In this document: in pieces, positions 9,985-21,165 of the stretch
How the letters are laid out: every line of letters starts with the position of its first letter
How positions within the stretch are numbered: the stretch's first letter is position 1
From: Dirinaria sp. TL-2023a
Taxonomy: Eukaryota
Length of the DNA stretch: 33,130 nt
Reading direction: 5' to 3'
Assembly (NCBI GenBank): GCA_051941275.1
Contig: JAVEBF010000076.1
Location: forward strand, 1 to 33,130
The notes under the pieces: model-generated
Told to the model about the DNA's origin: nothing
The model's input: the letters and a program-made list of their open reading frames with translations, nothing else
The model's database searches: none
Program-made: the position numbers and the translations under genes

Positions 9985-12900
9985 ATGTCTGCTGCGTCCA
10001 CGACAACGCCAGCTGTAGTCTCGTCACGACGGCAACCTTCCTATAACGCCCCTTCCACAGATCGCCCGCAACGGACCACATCTACGACTACGAGACCGCC
10101 AACGACGCCTGTTGCTCTCAACCGGTCGAATTCGCAATCTCAGTCTAATAATGCTCGGCCACTCTCATCCTCGCAGCAAGCGTCGCTGGCTGGAGTAGCT
10201 CGTAGGGATTACGAAACGACCAATGTAGCTCGATCTTCCTCTCACCGCCGGAGCTCCTCCCATGATCGTTCACACGGCGCTCCTCCAAAACGTACCGAGT
10301 CGACCAGGGACGCCCGCAGAACATCGGCGAGGCCCGGCAGCCGCTCTCGAAACAGTTCGCACATGTCGGCAGCAGGAAATGCTGGTCCAACCGGGCCATC
10401 AGGGGCTGCACAAACCCCCAGCGGTGCGAGACCACTTCCAGATGCCGCTGTTCAGGGGAATCTAGGCTCCTCGACCAGGAAACGTACGGAGATAGATGCA
10501 CAGACAGGAAAATGGTCGCTGGGGAAAACTATCGGAGCAGGAAGCATGGGTAAAGTCAAACTGGCCAAAAACTTAGAGTCAGGGGAGCAAGTATGCCTCA
10601 ACCAAGCCATCTTGTCCTGTAAAATCATAAGGCGCAATCACCGGTACTAATATTCCTACAGGTTGCGGTTAAGATCGTGCCTAGACAGTCGACGGATGAG
10701 CATCATAACAATCGAGAGAGAGAGCGAGCAGACCACTCAAAAGAAATCAGGACTGCCCGTGAGGCCGCCATCGTGACTCTACTCAATCACCCTTATATCT
10801 GTGCCATGCGTGATGTTGTCCGTACTAATTATCATTGGTACATGTTATTCGAATACGTCAATGGAGGGCAGATGCTCGATTACATTATCTCCCACGGTAG
10901 GCTGAAAGAGAAGCAAGCGAGGAAGTTTGGCCGGCAGATCGCGAGTGCGCTCGATTATTGCCACAGAAACAGCATCGTACACCGAGATCTAAAAATCGAG
11001 AACATATTGATCAGCAAGACTGGGGACATCAAGATTATCGACTTCGGTCTTAGCAACCTTTTCTCTCCAAGAGCTCATCTAAAGACGTTCTGCGGCAGTC
11101 TGTATTTTGCCGCGCCAGAATTGCTACAGGCAAGGCAATACACCGGTCCTGAAGTAGATATATGGAGTTTTGGCATCGTGCTGTATGTGCTTGTGTGCGG
11201 AAAAGTCCCATTCGATGACCAGAGCATGCCTCAGCTACACGCAAAGATTAAGAAGGGTCTGGTAGATTATCCCTCTTGGCTTTCAATAGGTAAACTATCC
11301 ATAGAGCCTACTTGGGGGACATCGTGGTTAATTGTTTCACAGAGTGCAAAAACCTCATCTCGCGCATGCTCGTCACCGATCCCAAATCGCGAGCTAGCTT
11401 GAGCGAGATTATGAATCATCCGTGGATAACGAAAGGTTTCAACACTGTACCCGAGAACTACCTACCACATCGAGAACCGCTTCAATTACCGCTCGATCCG
11501 GCCATCGTAGATAAAATGACAGGGTTCGACTTTGGCTCCGCTGAATTCATCACACGAGAGCTGACGAAAGTCATTAATTCCGACGAATATCAAGCAGCAG
11601 TTCGACTTAACACTCGTGAGCAGTCTTCGCAAGCTCAATTCGGAGAGAAGAAACGTGGAGTATTTGACTTCTATAAGCGACGAAGCTCTACTACCAGCAG
11701 GGACACCCTACCTAATGCATCTGTCGAAGCCGTACAGTTAGGTTCGGATCCAGTCAATGCGTTCAGTCCTTTGATATCAATCTATTACTTGGTCAAAGAG
11801 AAACAAGAGAGAGAACGGGCAGAAACCAATCCAGGCGCATTGAGCATTCCCATTTCTCCGGGTGAAAAGCCTCTGAAACTTCCGGACTTACCAGCACCAG
11901 AAGCAGCCTATACCAACTCAGCCGCATACGAGATGCCGGGAGAAAAGACGACTGGCGGTCGTTCGAGACCTAGATCTCGAACGCATGGAGAAGACGATGT
12001 TTCTGAACCGATGAAAAAAGGAGCTCTGAATACAACCGGTGGCCAAAGAACACCAGCTATTATGACTCCGCCAATGGATCAACAACCAGCAAGGAAGGAG
12101 AGTACAGCAGCTGGTCTTCTACGGAGATTTAGTACGAGGCGAAATAAAGATTCGCCACGTGAGAGGTCTGAGGCGAATCCTCCGTCGGTGCAACTGCAGC
12201 CTCCAACGGACTCGCCAACGCCTCGAAAGAGTCTCAGCGTTCGAATATCTCGCAATAGGGAGAACCCACCCACGCCACTACTCCATCCTGGTGGAAGCAC
12301 CCCACATCACAATGAATTGTTGACACCACCAACGTCCGTAGATGCAAAAAATAGGAACAGTAAGATCCTTGATCGATCAACAAGTGTCAACTCTGCCGAC
12401 TTCAGACGAAGATACTCTCGAAGGGGCGTTTCCGAGGGACAAGCCGTGAGTGCACCACCTGACCCTCCTCGGACGAGCGGGTCCGACCGATCGAGCATGA
12501 GTGGGCAACGCTCCAAAACGAGTGAGCCAGCATCTACTGAGCCCAAGACTACCGGTCAAGACCGTGCACCAAGCTCACGCACGAAATCGTTAGGCCACGC
12601 ACGACGCGAGAGTATACAAGCCCGACGTGCGAGGCGAGAGGAGGCCCGAGAATCTAATGTACCTGAAGAGACTGATCAGGAGGTAGCGATCGATGAACAA
12701 GCAGGCAAAGCCGGGAGTATGGAGAACATGAAACCAGTATACCTGAAAGGGCTATTTAGTGTCTCCACAACATCGAACAAGCCATTGGCTGTGATTAGAG
12801 CCGATATCATAAGGGTTCTGAGGCAACTTGGTGTCGAGTATACAGATATCAAAGGAGGGTTCAGCTGCCGGCATGCCCCCAGTATTGATCTTAACCGAGT

Positions 12901-13309
12901 CATGGACCCAGGTGCACCCAGTCCGGATCCACCAGGAATAACGGAGTCGAGTCAAAAGCGTCGCATCAGTTTCGGAGGCTTGAGAGGAAGCGAGCGCGAC
13001 AGAGACTCCCATGAGAAGCCTCCGCAGCTCCACCGAGGCAGTTCACGAAAGCAAGCGCCAAATACGAGCTTCACTAACTCGGAGGATTCGGAAGAGAGCG
13101 TGGGACGGCAGGACACCGACCCGCCTGCCGGAGAAACCACGACGCATGTCCAGAGCGAGCTCGGTGGAAGTATGGTTTTACGGTTTGAGATCTTCGTGGT
13201 CAAGGTACCTCTGTTTTCTCTCCACGGAATCCAGTTCAAGAAGGTCTCTGGTGGCACATGGCAGTATAAGAACATGGCGCAGAAGATACTCGATGCCCTA
13301 AGGTTATGA
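9985..13309 (+). CDS. KIN1: Kin1/Par-1/MARK-family Ser/Thr kinase with C-terminal KA1 domain, 1066 aa
   Basis: Exons 9985-10590, 10662-11289, 11343-13309 (3201 nt). [48 protein letters not shown]1 domain [11 protein letters not shown]...[42 protein letters not shown]. Confidence 0.95.
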
Positions 13310-14147
13310 TGGGCTTATATTGCTAGTAATTTGGGGTAGGATGCGATCGCAGGGCGGGATTGGTGTTGCCTTTGCTTACGGCCCTGGACCAAGTACCTTA
13401 TTCCAAGGGGCAGAAGGTTACGTTGGCTGAACCCGAGTCCCTTTTGTGCAACACTCAGGTAGTGAAGGACGAGCACATTACGTAGCTACATAACTAGAAT
13501 TATTGTTCAACGTATGTCTCGAATCATTTTCCAAACACCATCTCGACACAACCCCCCCATTGTTTCAACACTGTACAGTACCTACCTTATGGAGGCCGAA
13601 ATGAGCGCGAGTAACTCTTTTGTCTTACACACAATGCATACCCATTCAGCCCTCGAAGAACAATTCGTGTCAAGGAAGCTTTTCAAAGGCCCAGCAACTA
13701 GGTCTGATGCTGAAGCTTTGAGCAATATAGCACCTATCCCACACTTTGCTTTCATCCAGCTCCACCCAGCACCGGGGCAACCCACCCTCTTGAAGAAGCA
13801 TTGTTCTGCATCGCTTTCTCTCTGTTTTTCTTACTGTTGATGTGCCAAAACAAAAACACTTTCATACTCATCGATTCCTTTGCAAAGAGATTAATCTTGT
13901 AACCAACATTTTTCTTTTCTTTTTTTTATTTACACAAGATTGTGAAGGCTTCCTGCGAGACCTTCCCAGATACGAGTACCAGCGCATTCATCCAATATAA
14001 CACTCGATGCACTATTCAGAGATTCTGCGTTTTTTGACAAGCTTTGGATGTTTGAGGTGAGCGAAAGATTTTAATTTTTTATTTTTTTTTTTTCTTTAAG
14101 ACTTCTCGATTTTCAGCTTCGCCGGCTGTCTGCTGGAGCCCCTCGAA

Positions 14148-14236
14148 GCCAAGCCGAGAAGCCAAGCCCAAAGGCCAAGCCAGCAGCCAAGCCGGGCGAT
14201 CTCTGATCTCTGCAGAAGCACGGCCCAACGCTTGGC
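14148..14236 (+). promoter_or_regulatory. Cluster of GCCAAG hexamers (PacC/Rim101 consensus GCCARG) upstream of RCD1
   Basis: GCCAAG at 14148, 14161, 14174 and 14186 (each within GCCAAGCC; spacing 13/13/12), plus inverted CTTGGC at 14231. Confidence 0.45.
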
Positions 14237-14657
14237 GGGCGTTTTGTCTATTCCCTGTTGAGAAGACCGGCAGTCCGGGTACCAGTGCCCGAGTATGTAC
14301 ACGGAGCTGCTCAAGCTGGCGGGGGCCTATTGGATCTGCCACTGTTGCTGATTATGCTTCTCTCACCATTCACTGCTTTGGATATTAGCACTGTTTGATG
14401 ACCATTCCCTACTGTATTCCCTCCTGCATCACTTGTTTGAGCTTCCTCATAGTCTATAAGGTGCTGTCAGAGACTTATCATTTTCTAAAACGCTCCAACC
14501 CACCTCGCATCCCTCATTCATACCTCCTTCAAGCTTCAATTCCTGCTACATATTTCAAGGATGTGGATACTGAGCAGTCTTTTTGGGCATCTCGTTAGAT
14601 AGGAGTCGAAGTGACCACGAAGCCTACGCCGCAGCGTCGCCTTTGAGACATAAGTCA

Positions 14658-15914
14658 ATGACCTCCACGATGCTACCCTCTCAGCACGTCTTTTCACACC
14701 AACATCAATATCCTCAGGCGGAACCATCATGGCTTCATCAGCCCCAGGGACATCATCAACAGCAGCCGCATCATACCGGGACTCATCAACATGCTCCATC
14801 CCAAAGTCAAGCTATTGCTCAGCAGCAGCACTATGGTCGGATCGCTGCGAACAACGGTCATAACGCCCATGCGGACCATAGTATAGCTGGTAACTCAATC
14901 GATGGAAATTGGAGTGAAGAGAATAGAAGAGTCTTGGGGTGGGTAGCAGAATTATTGAACGGAAGCTCGAGAGAAACAGCCCTTATGGAATTAAGCAAGA
15001 AGAGAGAGCAAGTGCCGGAACTGGCATTGATCTTATGGCATTCTTTCGGTAAGCCAATTCGGAAAATGACTTCGAGGGAAAACATACTGACAAATTTTCA
15101 AGGCGTCATGACATCTCTACTGCAGGAAATTATCTCCGTTTATCCGCTATTAAACCCTTCGCAACTTACCGCAGCAGCTTCGAATCGTGTCTGCAATGCC
15201 TTAGCTCTATTGCAATGTGTTGCTTCTCATAATGAGACTCGAGGATTATTCCTCAACGGTAAACTGTCCCTTTGGTTGACGTGTAGGCTCGACTGACCCC
15301 TTTCTCAGCCCACATTCCTCTCTTCTTGTATCCATTCCTGAATACTACTTCAAAGTCAAGGCCATTCGAGTATCTGCGCTTGACGTCTCTTGGTGTTATC
15401 GGTGCCTTGGTGAAGAACGACTCGTCCGAGGTCATCAATTTTCTCCTGACGACTGAGATCATACCACTCTGCTTGCGAATCATGGAGACGGGCTCGGAGC
15501 TTAGCAAAACCGTAGCAATCTTCATTGTGCAGAAGATCCTCCTCGACGACACTGGCCTGGGTTATATATGCCATTCCTACGAACGATTCTATGCCGTTGG
15601 TACAGTCCTTAGCAATATGGTTACTCAGCTGGTTGAGCAGCAAACCGTCCGCCTACTCAAGCATGTCGTCCGTTGCTTCCTTCGGTAAGGGTTTGGTCCA
15701 TATATTCAAAGGCTTCCAGCAGCTGATATGTTTCAGACTCAGCGACAATGCCCGAGCTAGAGAGGCTCTTCGCCAGTGCTTGCCAGAACCACTACGCGAT
15801 GCCACCTTCTCCTCGGTTCTCCGGGACGACGCAGCCACGAAGCGTTGTCTCGCGCAGCTCTTAATCAACCTCTCCGACAATGTTGTCGACGCCTCGAACA
15901 ACCAAGGCATGTAA
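14658..15914 (+). CDS. RCD1: Rcd1/Caf40/CNOT9, CCR4-NOT subunit, about 366 aa
   Basis: Exons 14658-15048 (alternative ATG 14670), 15103-15258, 15309-15684, 15737-15914 (1101 nt). [115 protein letters not shown]. Confidence 0.96.
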
Positions 15915-16848
15915 CGGAAGACGAACCCTAATATGCGCATGACGGTCCATGAATGCTTTCAACATACGAAGATACCCCCACCTGATTTCTAGCGGTGTAG
16001 CATACGCGTGGCATAGGGGAGGTCGGTTTCTTGTGTTTTAGATCTTGGTGTCTGCCATCTTGCCTCGGGAAAGGCAACGCATTTCTTTTACCAAGGCGTT
16101 TTCGGCAACGGTTGGAAAAACGACTAGCATGATACTCACAGATGCATATGCGAAGCCCCGGTAACATCAGTCTGGGCGTTTTTGTTTCATTGGAGGCATG
16201 AGACCTGGAGCCTTCTGTGTTCTCGATCCCGCCGCGTGTAAAATAAATGTATCGTCGCAATGTTCAGTATCAATTAAATGTCACATGCGTTTTACCCAAC
16301 TCACCTTCATTTTACATCGCTTAGTAGAAGTGGGCTTGATTGGCTACAGTGGTGGTAGAGAATAACTGGTGCGTGTTTCAGTGTCGGTCGAGCAGTAAGC
16401 AGTGTTGTTTCTTGTACAAGAACAGGACTCTAGAGCTTCACCCACATATCTCACCCACATGATCAACACCACCTTACCTAAGGTAACTTAAGCTGAGCCC
16501 TAAGGGACATCACCTTATGATGCCTCGGATGCAGATGCGGGATGCATAGCCCTAAAAGGAAATCGCGCTAAAAGCTCTTAGCGCCGGCTACTGCAGATCT
16601 CAGAGCGCTACCTACATTAGGTACTTTTACTTTACTGAGTTACTTTACTCAACGCGACTCATCAATCAACCGAGCACGTTTGCTGCAATACACACTTTCT
16701 ATGCGCTTTCCGCGCCTCACTACTTGAATGACATACAGTACCTTTGGCTTTAACCTCTAACCTGGCTTAACTCACTGCTATTGAGCAAAGTCCTTGCCTT
16801 TGCCGAGTCCTGAATCTCGGGCCCGTCTTACGACGTGAATCGCTCAGC

Positions 16849-19832
16849 ATGGCTTCTCGGAAGCGTGGAAGAGAGGAGATGGAGTCGTCTGAGCCAGCCC
16901 CAGAAACCAGCATGTTAACAAAACTTCGTAACACGTGGGAATTTGCGAATATCATGCAATACATCTACATCTTCGGTCGGGCTGTCAAGATTGACGACGA
17001 CCTTACCATCGAGGTACTTCATACCCCAGAATGAAACCATGTCTAAGCCTTGCGGCCTGGGTCTTTGACGCGGTTCTATGAATCCATAAACTGATACTGT
17101 TCTTTCAGGATCTGGAAGCAGAATGCTTGAAACCGGAATCCTCAGAAAAGCTACTGGAGATCGGACTTGCTCTTCTGAAATGTGTTTCGTCGCACCGAGG
17201 ACTAAGGTAAAGCTCACTCTGGCGCTTTGACTTCACATTCTAAGTGCCATAACAGTGCAGAAATATTTGATGAATATACCCGCCGCCAATACATGGCCAA
17301 AGCCCCGAACCGAAATCCCTTCGGTGATGAGGAGGATCCTAAGAAATTCGCCGAGTTCGACGTCTTCACCAAGCTTCGAATCCTCGTACAACTTTCACAG
17401 TGGACTCTGATAAACCCCGATCGAATGAGAGAACGAATGTCAGAAACCAAGGACATCGACCAAATACAATGGGTATGGTCTACGCAGAGAGAGGAGACCT
17501 AGGAGAATATCTGCTAATAGAATCTGATGTAGCGCATTGAGGAGATCGGATACGATAAGCAAGAGCGACTGTATTTTGTTCTAGACGACAACCGGCTCTA
17601 CCGCCGCACTGATCCTGGCCTTCCGCCCCCTCCACCACCCAAGCCCAAAGCGAACTCTAAGAAGGCACGAGCTGCTGCTCGAGCTAACAAGCGGAGAAAG
17701 CTGGCGGAAGCCGAAGAGACAGCGAATGATGCCGATGGAGAAGGAGCTACGACCGAAGTAGAACAAGAAGCTTCTGAAGAAGATACGTTTGGTGGTCGAA
17801 AGTGGGAGTGTATAGCGGTTACACTCACCGAGTACAAAGACTTCCTGGAGAGTATACGAAAGAGCAGAGATGTCGACGAGAAGGCTCTCTTCAAATATCT
17901 TACCGAAGACGTCCTACCTATTATCGAGAAGGCGGAAGAAGATCAGCAGAAGAAAAAGGCTCGAAGGGAAAAGGAAATGATGAATTTACAGAAGCTAGCA
18001 ACTGCGAAAAGGTCTAGCAGACTAGCCGGCAAGCAGGAGAGGGAGCGAGAAGAGCAAGAAGCGGCAGAAGCCGAGCGTAAGAGGAAGGCTGATCTTGCTG
18101 CAGCGAAACAAAATCAAGAGCGGCAAAAGCAGATGGATGAGGCCCGGCAATCGCGCATGATAACGCGCGAACAACGTCTCAAGGAGCGAGAATACAAGCG
18201 AATATTGCACGAGGAAGAATTGACAAACATGTCCGAAGACAGCAAGAAGCTAGATGCTGGTGAGGCCCGGATGTCAGAACGAAACCTGAAGAAGGAGATG
18301 GACAAGAGAAGAAAGGAGCTCGCCGCGCTTGAACAGGAGGACGAATGGACTTTCGATTGTGCTGTCTGTGGCGTACATGGCGAGAATCTGGTAAAGCAGC
18401 CAAACTCATTGCATGGCGATTCCGTACTGATCTCGTATGCTAGGATGACGGTACCCACAGCATAGCTTGCGAGAAATGCAATGTCTGGCAGCACAGTGCA
18501 TGCCACGGAATCTCTCAAGAAGCGGCTGAGAAGGACGACTTCCACTTTATCTGCCATGACTGTAAACGTCGTGCCGAGGACGCGCTCAAGCCGAAGATAC
18601 CAAGCCTCAAATTTCGCCTGGGCTCGTCATCTTCACCACCATCTCAGAAGGTTGAAGTGCGAGTCCCCATGGATTCGAAGAAGCGTAAATCTAACGAAAA
18701 TGCAAAACTCCCTCCCATGAAGAAATTCAAGCCAGCTAGCGAAGCCAAGCCCCATATTACTCCCGGCGCAAGGACTTACTCCAACGGATTGTACGGTGGC
18801 CAGAACGGTATGCATCAGAGCATGATGAGTGGGCCAACGCTGTCTCCCCAAGGACAGCCGCCTCAGCCACCGGATCAAGCTAGCAATAATGGTCAAGCTA
18901 CTTCACCGCCTCCGGGACTGCGGTCCCCACCCGGGCCACCCGCGCACGCCAATGGCTACACTCACCATGTCAATTATCAGAATGGCTATACGCCTCGACC
19001 TCATTACACTTTCGAGAATACTCATCCCTCTACCTCCAGTGGCAAGGGGCAGACTCATAAAAGCCCCAACACAGCTTGGTCCGCAACATATCAACCAGCG
19101 CAGCACACCCACACGCCGCAGCAAGCGACACCCGTTCCGCCATCTGCGAATCCCTTTCATAACTCTTTCGACCGTCAGCGTCCAACCTCGTCTGGTTCAC
19201 CAGTGATGAACGGTCCTACATTGTCGCCTGCGCCCAGTGCTTATAGTCCAGCTACCAACGGGTATCATCAGAATGCCAACACCAACGGCTTACCATCCCA
19301 AACATACTCTCTTCCACCACCTCTACCTCCACCTGTGAAGCATCAATCTTCACCTCCTGCACCCGCCCCACAACAACTGCCGTCTTCAAGCCCAGCCATG
19401 GGCCCCAATCTGCAGCGACGAGCCCCACCATCCCCAGGCTTGTCACCCACAAAGCATCCTTCACCGAAACCAGCTGCATTCGATTCCAATTCTGTTGATG
19501 CAACACCGAGCCCGATGACGGGTCTCAAAGCGCAACAGCAAAACCAGTATTCACCCTCCAGCGTCGACCCCATGAAACAATCGTCTCCACCACGTCCACC
19601 ACCAAACTCATCTTCAAGCCCAGTCATGGCACCAGCTCTCCCAACCCAAGCTTCTATTAGTCCGGGCTTCTCGCCCACGAAACAAAGCTCGCCCAAGCAG
19701 CTTCCAGCCGTCGGCAATAGTGTAGAGAAGGTCATGCCGCCTGTAGAGAACTTATCACCAAGTCCGCAACAAACATCAGGTCGTGTACAGCAGCACCACA
19801 GAACGAGCAATGGAGAAATCCACGGGTTCTAG
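16849..19832 (+). CDS. DDT/WHIM(WSD)-like plus PHD finger chromatin protein, likely ISWI accessory (RSF1-like architecture), 908 aa
   Basis: Exons 16849-17013, 17109-17206, 17256-17472, 17533-18390, 18444-19832 (2727 nt). N-terminal WEFANIMQYIYIFG (DDT-like). FAEFDVFTKLRILVQL (WHIM1-like). WRIEEIGYDKQERLYFVLDDNRLYR (WSD-like). Coiled coil follows. PHD FDCAVCG...DDGTHSIACEKCNVWQHSACH...FHFICHDC is split by intron 4. Pro/Ser/Gln-rich tail. Confidence 0.8.
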
Positions 19833-19852
19833 CCCGTTCCTAACCAGCTTTC

Positions 19853-19869
19853 AAAAAAAAAAAAAAAAA
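19853..19869 (+). repeat. Poly(A)17 tract
   Basis: Begins 21 bp after the PHD-gene stop codon. Confidence 0.8.
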
Positions 19870-21165
19870 TTTCACTTCAAAAAATACATGCGTGGCGTGT
19901 CCGATCATCTCAGTTTCTTCTGAAACAAAAACCACTTTGTCTACTTAGATGCTTTCGGCGTTGATGGCGTTCTTCTTAGAAAACTCCACCCTGTGCGCCC
20001 CTTCCTCCGTGAAGGGATTTTCAAAGGAAATGAGGAAGGAGGCTCCGATGGTTTTTTTTTCCCACAAATTTCCAAGTTCGGGGACCACCTCACAACTTTG
20101 TTTCCAAAAACAGCATGCAGGAAATCCCCGGGTGGGGGGCCGGGGGGGTAGAACTAAGCGTACCCACTACACCATGAACGCTTTTCCATGTGGGTTATCA
20201 GGTCCGCTTGTTTTTGTTTTTTTGTTTTTTTGTTTTTTTTTTTTCCTTCTTCTAAAGGGAGGAAATGCGATGGGAAATTCAAACGGGCATAGCGAAGCGA
20301 AGCCACGCATGTGCTTGCTTTACATGCAACATGCGGTCATCAGTATCATTATGTATGTATTGTTTACTCTCACAATAGAGAAAATGCGGCTCTTTTTTTT
20401 CCCTTCACCATAAGCTACGAGTACCTTAGGCACATGGTGAAAGGAAAGGAAAGCCGAGCGTGGGCATACTAGCATAAGTATGTAGGTTTTAATAGAAATT
20501 CAAGGATGGTTTAAGATTTTTTTGTTTTGGTGTGGGATGGGATGGGATATGGATATGGATGTGTTTCTATGGTAAAGGGTACCTGGGATGGGTAGTAGGT
20601 AGGTATATGGACATGTAGATTGAGGTTGGGATAGATTGCTGCCTGCCTGCGTTACGTTATGCCTTCCTGATATGCCCCCCTTTTTTGGGGGGTTGCGCCT
20701 TGATCTCTCTCCTGAATGGGCTTGGCGCATCCCATTCTACATACATGGACGTAAAGTAAAAAGATTTATGTTTTCTAAGGTAATAATAATAATCACCAGC
20801 CCAAGAAATAATGGCAACAAAAGTCACCGGGGCCCTTTGTCTTTTTTTTTTTTTTTGCTAAGGTATTAAAAGAACTTGATCTGTGCGAAAATTTTTGGGG
20901 GTTCGATATCGGATTTTTTCCTTTGTTCCTGTATGCCCAGATTAAAAGGCTCTACCTACATCATCGACTCCTCCCTCTTGGCGCCCCATCGGCCGCTCCA
21001 CAAACTCCATCGCTACGGCCTCAAGTAAGAAAAACTCCGCTACGCTTCCGAGCCCCAATGTTTTCATGGGTATGCGTGAAAAGGAAAGAGAAGAATTGGG
21101 GGGTCATCTCCATCGTGCTCGCTGTTTCTTCGTTCGTTGGTTCGTTCGCTCGCTCGCTCGCTCGT

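Noticed and set aside
14395..14573. Possible C/D box snoRNA (TGATGA ... CTGA) in the putative RCD1 leader intron
   Set aside because: Boxes are about 170 nt apart, I see no terminal stem or recognisable rRNA guide, and the CTGA doubles as the branch site.
19853..19869. Poly(A)17 right after a stop codon as a retrocopy signature
   Set aside because: The gene retains four introns, no target-site duplication is visible, and homopolymers are common in this window.
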